From the IMG/VR virus record IMGVR_UViG_3300012013_001209: 64,000 nucleotides of DNA. One strand, given 5' to 3'. The notes beneath the pieces were generated by a model. The model was not told where the DNA came from and made no database searches. It was given only the letters and a program-made list of their open reading frames with translations. Source of the stretch: a virus. Below, piece by piece: positions 57,453-64,000 of this stretch; within the stretch, counting starts at the first letter, position 1, and the number at the start of each line of letters is the position of its first letter. A program made the position numbers and the translations under genes.

Positions 57453-58258
57453 AGCGGTGAAGTGGCGTCGTAGGTGATAGAATAATTCCCGGTGGGCGGC
57501 GCGGTGCTGAGAGTGACAGTGAAATTGGCTGTGGTCGTCGCCGTCCGAATGCCCGTGATCATGAAGGGAGTCGCGTCTGAACACGAGATCGAAAATATCA
57601 CATCGGGCGTGTTTGGGAAGATTTTATCCGTCAGGAACGGGATCACTTGCACCTGGTTGCCGCTCGTCAATGCCACGGTCTCGCGAATTCGTTTGCGGGC
57701 GGTGTCGGGAATATTCCAGCCCGTGTTCGCCAAACCCACCCGAGCAAACGAAGTGCCGTTGAATGCATACAGGTATCCGCCGCTGACGAATATTTGATTG
57801 GTGAGTGACGTGCCGCCCAGCGAATCATTCGGGCTGACTGGCGCTCTCGACAATGCCGACAGAAATGTTTGCCGCAATACGGAAAACGGAATCACCAAAC
57901 TGCGCGGCGTCGGATTCATCTGCACCATCGCCATCAAATCGTTGTCCTCCGGGATGGCCGCCATGAGGGTCATCTGCGTGGCCCTCACTCCCAACGTGGA
58001 CAACGGGAGTGTAGTGAGAACGGTATCCGCGGCAATCCACCCGAGGGAATAATCGTCCGTGTCATCGGGGACATGATCCAATTCGTAATCGAATCCGGTC
58101 GTGGTCACGTTGGCAGGATACGCGCTGATCAGATTGTCGCCGGTCACGCGTTGGACCCATACGCTGATGGCAGGGACAAACTCGAAGGCCAGAGGAAATA
58201 CTACGCTGCCTGTGATCAGGCTCGAGCGATTCAGCGGAGATGTGCCTACTTGCAGCAT
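57449..58258 (-). CDS. Fibre-associated protein with two copies of a small beta domain
   Basis: N- and C-terminal segments (VTTTGFDYELDHVPDDTDDYSLGWIA; ATTTANFTVTLSTAPPTGNYSITYDA) resemble each other and the N-terminus of 24604..25335. Confidence 0.65.
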   Translation of the reverse strand: MLQVGTSPLNRSSLITGSVVFPLAFEFVPAISVWVQRVTGDNLISAYPANVTTTGFDYELDHVPDDTDDYSLGWIAADTVLTTLPLSTLGVRATQMTLMAAIPEDNDLMAMVQMNPTPRSLVIPFSVLRQTFLSALSRAPVSPNDSLGGTSLTNQIFVSGGYLYAFNGTSFARVGLANTGWNIPDTARKRIRETVALTSGNQVQVIPFLTDKIFPNTPDVIFSISCSDATPFMITGIRTATTTANFTVTLSTAPPTGNYSITYDATSPL

Positions 58259-58261
58259 AAA

Positions 58262-58489
58262 TTATTCGGGTGACGGCATTGGGATGGTTTTCACTTCAGA
58301 TGGTTTCAGTGAAAATATGCCCGCGTAATTACGGAACTCTTCATCCTCAGGCCTGCAGATTTTGATCTGCTGATGTCCCGCAATGATGACGATCCCAGGA
58401 TTGCCGTCGAGATCGAGAATCTCGATGAACTTCGCATCCTCCGGCAATGCGACGACCGATCCATTGGTACGACGTAAACGAATTTGCAT
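58262..58489 (-). CDS. Small hypothetical protein (75 aa)
   Basis: Packed ORF with beta-rich pattern. Confidence 0.6.
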   Translation of the reverse strand: MQIRLRRTNGSVVALPEDAKFIEILDLDGNPGIVIIAGHQQIKICRPEDEEFRNYAGIFSLKPSEVKTIPMPSPE

Positions 58490-58498
58490 TTCGCGAAA

Positions 58499-59149
58499 TT
58501 ATCCCTGTGGCATACCGGGCGCCCCACCAGCCGGCGCAGGCGCTGCAGCCTGGTCATACTGTTGACTGGCGTGATGATCCAGCCCGGGTGCCGGTGAAAA
58601 TGAAGTCGGCTGTTGCAAGGCTTTCATCGCCTGCGCCGACATGGCGCGCACCACCGCGAATTCCTCACGGGTCTTCGCCATCTGCGCATGCAATGCTTCC
58701 TGAGCCTTTTCGTTGCGCTGTGCAATGGCCAGAGTTTTCTCGTTGGTCTGCTGCAATTGCTGCAAAACCTGCGCCAATTGACCCGGGTCAATCCCTCCAC
58801 CCGGAGGTGCCCCTTGCTGCTGCGAAGGATCTCCCGGAGGCGGAGCACCACCAGCCGCCGGATCACCTGGAGGTGGACCTTGCTGTTGCGAAGGATCTCC
58901 GGGAGGTGGACCTTGCTGCTGCGAAGGATCTCCGGGAGGCGGGCCTTGCTGCTGTGACGGATCTCCGGGAGGCGGACCGGGAGGCATGGGTTGACCTTGG
59001 GACGGATCTACCGCGGGTGGAGCGCCGATGGGTGCCGTCTGACCTTGCGGCATATTTCCTCCTGGCGGGCCTGGCGGTGGCTGGAACGCGAGTTTAATCA
59101 GGTCCGCCATCAGCGCGCGCGTTTTCTCGAGATCGGAGAGTAGAGACAT
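58499..59149 (-). CDS. Pro/Gln/Gly-rich protein with coiled-coil
   Basis: Start set at ATG 59149; IKLAF near the N-terminus; PPGDPSQQQG repeats. Confidence 0.6.
   Translation of the reverse strand: MSLLSDLEKTRALMADLIKLAFQPPPGPPGGNMPQGQTAPIGAPPAVDPSQGQPMPPGPPPGDPSQQQGPPPGDPSQQQGPPPGDPSQQQGPPPGDPAAGGAPPPGDPSQQQGAPPGGGIDPGQLAQVLQQLQQTNEKTLAIAQRNEKAQEALHAQMAKTREEFAVVRAMSAQAMKALQQPTSFSPAPGLDHHASQQYDQAAAPAPAGGAPGMPQG
58812..58976. repeat. 33-bp repeat array (PPGDPSQQQGP), four good copies
   Basis: Units at 58812, 58878, 58911 and 58944. Confidence 0.85.
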
Positions 59150-59159
59150 GCGTTGAAGA

Positions 59160-59420
59160 TTACAATGAACCGCCTGCCTTATGCGAGTCATTTCCGTGGC
59201 CTTTTGCGAAACGCCGTGCCCAGGACTGCACCATGTGCAATTCCGGTTGCTTCCCGACGTTGTGCGGCATCTGTCGCCAATTGGAACAGCACTGACATAC
59301 CGGCTCCAATTTCTTTCCGCCGCAATTCGGGCATTTCAGTCTGAAAACTCGAAACGCTCCGCGCAGTGTCGCGAATGTTCTTGGTTGTTGGAGCGGGGCG
59401 GGTTCGGATTTGGTATTCAT
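59160..59420 (-). CDS. Small Zn-ribbon protein (86 aa)
   Basis: CPNCGG...CQCC; GGAGG Shine-Dalgarno upstream. Confidence 0.6.
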   Translation of the reverse strand: MNTKSEPAPLQQPRTFATLRGAFRVFRLKCPNCGGKKLEPVCQCCSNWRQMPHNVGKQPELHMVQSWARRFAKGHGNDSHKAGGSL

Positions 59421-59468
59421 CAGCCTCCAATATCACCGGCCGGGAATACTTGGCAAGCCTCGCGTTGA

Positions 59469-60032
59469 TTACACCTTCTCAGCCTCGTCCACCGGAACGT
59501 CGGCGATCTCCACGTCTCCGGGAGTTTCAGCCGGAGCCTCGTCCAGAACAGTCGGAGCTTCATCCGGAGCCTCGTCCAGAGCAGCCGGGGCCGGAAGAGT
59601 TTTCTCTTCGGGGTCTCCGCCATTGATCAAAGCCGAGACAACCTTCACATTTGCCACCACGACTTCGGTGGTTTCGTCGGCGTGCATGGTGACGACCTCC
59701 GCGGGTTCGGCAGGCACGGTGATCGGCGTCTCGGGATGATTGGAAATATCCTGGATGAGTTCCACCGCTGCGTGATCCAGTGCTGCGACCTGATCGTGGA
59801 GTGCCGTGCGAAGCTTCGCCGCGGCTTTCTGGCGGGCGTCAGCCGTCTTCAGACGGTCGGCGATATTCACGCCTTGCGCGACTGTGGTGGATTCTGCCTG
59901 CTGCAGTCGCATCACTTCGACATCGCTTTGGTTGGAAGTCGCCGCATCGAGCGAGGCCAGGAGCCCTTTGATCATTTCGCGGTAGTTGACGATGACGGCG
60001 TAGGAACGGATGACAAGTGTGGAGATATTCAT
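59469..60032 (-). CDS. Acidic helical hypothetical protein (187 aa)
   Basis: Coiled-coil N-terminal half, Asp/Glu/Pro-rich tail. Confidence 0.65.
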   Translation of the reverse strand: MNISTLVIRSYAVIVNYREMIKGLLASLDAATSNQSDVEVMRLQQAESTTVAQGVNIADRLKTADARQKAAAKLRTALHDQVAALDHAAVELIQDISNHPETPITVPAEPAEVVTMHADETTEVVVANVKVVSALINGGDPEEKTLPAPAALDEAPDEAPTVLDEAPAETPGDVEIADVPVDEAEKV

Positions 60033-60042
60033 GGTGCGGAGG

Positions 60043-60070
60043 ATATTACGGCAATTGGCGAGTTTGACAA
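60043..60070 (-). promoter_or_regulatory. Putative sigma70-like promoter
   Basis: TTGTCA-N16-TAATAT immediately after the beta' polyprotein stop. Confidence 0.5.
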
Positions 60071-60071
60071 A

Positions 60072-63000
60072 CTATTTCACGACAGGAGGCAGCCCCTGAG
60101 TTTTCATCTCCATTTCCTCACTGCCCGGAAATACGATCGAGTCATGCAATGGCACCGTCCCTTTGCGCACCGCAGCCAAGGCCTCGGCATGTGAAGGGAA
60201 ATTCCAGACCTTGACGGATGCCCGCGCCCCCGCGTTGTGTAATGACAGCAACGACTCATGTTTGATCGTCGGCATTACCTTGTCCTGGTCCCGAATTGTG
60301 AACAGCATTTTCGATGGCATCAAGATGTCGCGGGTTTCCTTCAGAACCTCTTCGGAAGTCGGCGCGTGCACGTTAATAGCGTCCCCGTCGAAATCGGCGT
60401 TTAAGCCAGCTGTAACATAAGGGTTGATTTGAATTGTATTCCCATCAAACAGTTTCGGCATCGCCCCCAACGTCGAGAACTGATGCCACGCCGGAGCCCG
60501 CGAATACTGCACCGGATGATTCGGCACCACATCTTCCAATGCCCTCTTCGCATGGTCATCCCGATCACGCAGCGACAATGCCGCATCCGCCGGGGAAAAT
60601 CCCTTCTTCACCAAATGCCGATGCAACTTCGTGTCGAATATATCCCACGCCATCTCCCGCGGAATGCCAATCTCATCAAGCCCGAGATCGGGATTGATGG
60701 TGATCGTGGCTCGCCCGACATTGTCCACTGGCTTGGAGAGGAGACGTCGCTGAGCGTAACCAAATTTCGGCGAGCTGCCGGTGATCTGTTCGAAGAAGCC
60801 TGTAACGCCGCGCGCGCGGGCCTTGTCGTTGACGGGCTCGCCGAATCCATAAACGGCGCGCACTGCGTTGTAGAGATTGTGTGCGGCCTCGCCTTCACCT
60901 TCAGGACCCAATTCACGTTTCGCCTCGTCATAAACTTTCCGGTTGGTGAACAGGTCTCGATACAGTTCGTTGGCGTTGCCTGGAATGAATGAGGAGCCGG
61001 CCAAGGAATATGGGCGGAATGCTGCGGGGATGACGGGGACGTGGTTGATCATCAATTCCCGTGGGTGCAATTCATTCCGGCGCATCCCCTCGACAATATT
61101 CAGGATCTTCACTGCCTGATCACGCTTGGACACTTTGCCGGATTTTACGAGCGCGTGGTTCTGCGCTTCGAGATCGTCGAGGTTGATGCGACCCAGATGA
61201 TATGCGAGGGCCTCAGGGCCGGTGGTTGGAATTGCCTTTGCTACGGCGGCCTCTTTCTCATGCTGCGAGTCCATCAATTCATGAATGGCTGCGAGTTGCA
61301 GGAATCGGTGTCGGAGCATTCCGCCATCGGAATCGTGTTCAGGGTGTGCGATCTGGTCCTGCAAATGCGCCACCGCTTTCGAAATCGGAATACGCATGCT
61401 GCCAGTCAATTCATCACCCTCCTTCGACGTCGGCTTGCCACTCGATTTCAACCACCCCGAGAATACATGCCGGCGGCTGCCCTGGAATTTGGCATACTTC
61501 TCCGGCTTGTGCTGTTCCATGTCGGGATGCCAGATGATCTGCGAATGCCCATGCCCAGTCATCCCGTGACCGGTGACGCCTGCCTCTTCCATCATCTCAC
61601 GTTCCAGGCCCTGCTGAATGCTTTCGCCCTCATCAATGCCGCCGCCGGGGAATTTGAGGAATTTCTTCCCACCATGCCCTTCAGCCAATATTCCCACCAG
61701 GTCGTCTCCATCACGCAGAATGACCTCGGCAGACTCCCGGAATGGCAGCTTGTCCCGCGAGGGCACATTTACCGGACGCACGGAAGCAACCTTGTGCATC
61801 AAGGCATTCACCAGTTTGGCTGTGCCTCTGCCGGCCGTCGCCAACATCGCGGACATCGCCGTATTGAACCCCGCCGCGTTCCAGTAGGTCTTCCGGAAAT
61901 TCCCGATGATCGGATCTGCCGTGCTAATATTTCCAGCTGAGTCCGCATGATATTCTCCGGCGATGGTGGGGATGAACCCGGTCGCCGTACCTCCGCCGGT
62001 GAGTGCAGGGGCCAACAGGGGTGACCGCTTGTGAAGCAGGGCGCCGAGTGGCATGGCGAGGAGTTGGGACCATCCGGACAGGGCTTGACCAGGGCTGCGG
62101 AGTTTGTGAGCCCAGTCATGGTCCCACATTTTGGAGTGACCCATTTCGTGACGCATCACGGATTCGTTGTTGAATTCGGGGCGTGGGTCGTAGCCGATCA
62201 AGCCGTGGGCTTTCGCCAGCGCGTGAATGTCGGGGGAGAGACCTTCAATGGGTTGGTCCTGTTGAAAATTCTCCTTCGGCACGAACATGGCATTCCGCAG
62301 GCCGGGGATCGGGATGATCGGCATTTTCGGATTAGGCTTCAATTCCTCGCGGAGTTTGTCCCATTGGTCAGCGGCGTGTTTGACGATCTCGGGTGTGAGG
62401 AATTCGTCGGCGTCGGTCACGGTTTCCGCCTGGGAGATGGCGGCAGCTTCCTCCGGTGACATCTGATGCCCGGCCAAGGCGAAAGCCTTTTGAATCTTTT
62501 CCGGCTTGGCGTAATTGCTTCCGCCGCTGAGATGGTCCACGGAGAATGGAATATTCTGATCTCCGAATATTTTCTTCCAGCGTTCGATACGGTCGTAGAA
62601 TTTCTTGATCTGCGCATTCGCGCCGAGCACCGGGAGATTCAACCCTGTGCGCTGCGCAATCAGCATCTGGGCGGCGTAGGCGGAATCCCCCAACTCCTCT
62701 TTCAAATTCTCCCAATCCAGATTCTTGATGGCTTCACCCACCTCACCCAATTCGCCGGTGAGATAGCTGACCGGATAATTGCGGCCGCCCATGATGTCGC
62801 GGGTGAGATCTTTGCTCCAATGCAATGCCGACTTCTCCCAATCTTCATCGGGATCGTGGCCGGCCTTGTCCAAATGTTTCCGGACTTTGGCGAGCACTGC
62901 CTGTTCCGGCGAAAGCCCTGCAGATTTCTCCGCGTCCGGAAACTCCAGGAACTCCGGATCGATTTTCCCGTGCGGAGTAATGACATGCGCGTGCGGTACG

Positions 63001-64000
63001 TTGCCAGAGTATGTCTTGCCCTCGGGATCGTTGTAGTGCTGCCACATCTCCTTCGGATTCTTCGCGCGCTGAATGAGTGCGGAAATCTCCTTGGGAGTCA
63101 GATCATGATGACGCACCCGCACGTGCTTGTCCTTTTCCTCTTCGGACATCGTGTCGTATTTCTCGTTGAACGGCACCAGCTCCGCCCCATGCAATTTCGT
63201 GCCCGGATGTTTGACCAGCAATTGCGCGAGACGAATGCGAACCGGCACGGACTTGAAACGCTTCGTCGGATGTTTGTCATGCAGCTTCCCCTCATCCGGC
63301 GGCCCGAACATTGCGCTGGGACCGGAGTACGAAGTATTCCATGGTTTGTCCTTCAATGCCTGCGCGCGTCGTGCCAGCCATCCCTCTGCGCCGCCACCGT
63401 CATCAGCGGAGCGTGCCAGGTTGAGGAGATGCCGATTCTCCGGCTTCGCCAATTCATTCCCGCTCAGCAGTCCGTGTTTGCGAATTGCCTCCAGTGCGGG
63501 TTCGGGCACGTAGGAAATCAAATGCTCCGGCTCTGACTGCAATTTCGCCGGCGGGATCTCCGTCCGCGGAATGTGCATCCGGAAGCCCGTGGGTCGGTGC
63601 GTAATTCCCACGACGTGCGAACTCTCCTCAGAAGGCTCCACATCGAATTCATCCCCATGCGAAACCATGAGGCCGCGAATAATGCCAGCCTTGGTTTTGT
63701 AATCACCGCGATCTGAATGCTCCTTGGCGATTTTCAATTCCTGAAGGAGCGAGGCATTCTTTTCCGTTTCGTCGTCAGCCTCATCCGGAATAATTTCCGT
63801 GAACCGCATATCCGCAAATGCAGTCTTCACCGCCTCCTGCAATGACAGCGGCTCTCCATAGAATGTGTGGAAGGCAGATGATTTCTGGTCAGCGGCGAAG
63901 CGTGCCTGAAGTTCCTGTATAGCGACTGGAGACCAGCCTTGCTGGGCGGCGGCGGACTTCGACGCATCCTCCAAATCCTCCTGATCCTTCGCCGTCCATT
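60072..64000 (-). CDS. rpoC: Polyprotein (>1300 aa, 5' end beyond window): ART-like + MazG-like + HExxH/membrane + Nudix + RNAP beta' catalytic part
   Basis: NADFDGD at 60381-60401; RAPAWH; KPVDNVGRATI; VPVIPAAFRP; Nudix box at 61578-61643; HEMGH at 62136-62150; MazG-like ELGEVGEAI...LKEELGD. Frame stays open upstream of 63974 (WTAKDQED). Confidence 0.92.
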   Translation of the reverse strand, partial: WTAKDQEDLEDASKSAAAQQGWSPVAIQELQARFAADQKSSAFHTFYGEPLSLQEAVKTAFADMRFTEIIPDEADDETEKNASLLQELKIAKEHSDRGDYKTKAGIIRGLMVSHGDEFDVEPSEESSHVVGITHRPTGFRMHIPRTEIPPAKLQSEPEHLISYVPEPALEAIRKHGLLSGNELAKPENRHLLNLARSADDGGGAEGWLARRAQALKDKPWNTSYSGPSAMFGPPDEGKLHDKHPTKRFKSVPVRIRLAQLLVKHPGTKLHGAELVPFNEKYDTMSEEEKDKHVRVRHHDLTPKEISALIQRAKNPKEMWQHYNDPEGKTYSGNVPHAHVITPHGKIDPEFLEFPDAEKSAGLSPEQAVLAKVRKHLDKAGHDPDEDWEKSALHWSKDLTRDIMGGRNYPVSYLTGELGEVGEAIKNLDWENLKEELGDSAYAAQMLIAQRTGLNLPVLGANAQIKKFYDRIERWKKIFGDQNIPFSVDHLSGGSNYAKPEKIQKAFALAGHQMSPEEAAAISQAETVTDADEFLTPEIVKHAADQWDKLREELKPNPKMPIIPIPGLRNAMFVPKENFQQDQPIEGLSPDIHALAKAHGLIGYDPRPEFNNESVMRHEMGHSKMWDHDWAHKLRSPGQALSGWSQLLAMPLGALLHKRSPLLAPALTGGGTATGFIPTIAGEYHADSAGNISTADPIIGNFRKTYWNAAGFNTAMSAMLATAGRGTAKLVNALMHKVASVRPVNVPSRDKLPFRESAEVILRDGDDLVGILAEGHGGKKFLKFPGGGIDEGESIQQGLEREMMEEAGVTGHGMTGHGHSQIIWHPDMEQHKPEKYAKFQGSRRHVFSGWLKSSGKPTSKEGDELTGSMRIPISKAVAHLQDQIAHPEHDSDGGMLRHRFLQLAAIHELMDSQHEKEAAVAKAIPTTGPEALAYHLGRINLDDLEAQNHALVKSGKVSKRDQAVKILNIVEGMRRNELHPRELMINHVPVIPAAFRPYSLAGSSFIPGNANELYRDLFTNRKVYDEAKRELGPEGEGEAAHNLYNAVRAVYGFGEPVNDKARARGVTGFFEQITGSSPKFGYAQRRLLSKPVDNVGRATITINPDLGLDEIGIPREMAWDIFDTKLHRHLVKKGFSPADAALSLRDRDDHAKRALEDVVPNHPVQYSRAPAWHQFSTLGAMPKLFDGNTIQINPYVTAGLNADFDGDAINVHAPTSEEVLKETRDILMPSKMLFTIRDQDKVMPTIKHESLLSLHNAGARASVKVWNFPSHAEALAAVRKGTVPLHDSIVFPGSEEMEMKTQGLPPVVK

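Larger units (their letters stand above)
1..64000 (-). mobile_element. Large myovirus-like phage genome segment (structural/late region) encoding a multisubunit RNA polymerase
   Basis: Capsid/protease/sheath/tube/tape-measure/baseplate/endolysin gene order, all on one strand. Split divergent beta' genes and a sigma factor lie among the virion genes. No bacterial housekeeping context. Confidence 0.93.

Noticed and set aside
43886-61247. Bacterial chromosomal rpoC
   Set aside because: Split, diverged, fused to unrelated enzymes and surrounded by virion genes, with no ribosomal-protein context.
60072-64000. Inteins or introns explaining the extra domains in the beta' ORF
   Set aside because: No C/S...HN splice motifs or LAGLIDADG/HNH seen, and the extras precede rather than interrupt the beta' region.
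1-64000. CRISPR arrays, tRNA or rRNA genes
   Set aside because: All repeats found are in-frame coding repeats without unique spacers, and the intergenic gaps are too short or show no cloverleaf.

Overview
This window is 64 kb of the virion-morphogenesis region of a large tailed (myovirus-like) bacteriophage that encodes its own multisubunit RNA polymerase. Every credible gene is on the minus strand, tightly packed with ATGA/GTGA overlaps. In transcription order it contains: a >1300-aa polyprotein ending in the catalytic (NADFDGD) half of RNAP beta'; fibre genes; a sulfotransferase; a lysis cassette; the C-terminal half of beta'; a block of Gly/Ala-rich putative internal head proteins; prohead protease, scaffold candidates and major capsid protein; neck, sheath, tube and spike; a frameshifted tail chaperone; tape measure and baseplate; and a sigma70-like factor. 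The most interesting signal is an apparent head-packaging and processing code. (1) A K-x-A motif recurs in head-module proteins, sits at residues 35-37 of the capsid protein, flanks the protease domain, and separates each module of the beta' polyprotein (ART-like / MazG / HExxH / Nudix / beta'). (2) Five unrelated cargo proteins start with a shared ~20-aa leader (M-x-x-S/N-T-x-L/I-A-F-H-I/L...K-S/R-A) that ends in this motif. I infer a capsid-targeting and protease-release system that delivers RNAP and nucleotide-modifying enzymes into the host. This is inferred from motif patterns and was not tested by any search. Tail and neck labels rest mostly on gene order and size. No portal, terminase, RNAP beta subunit, tRNA or CRISPR array was recognised in the window.
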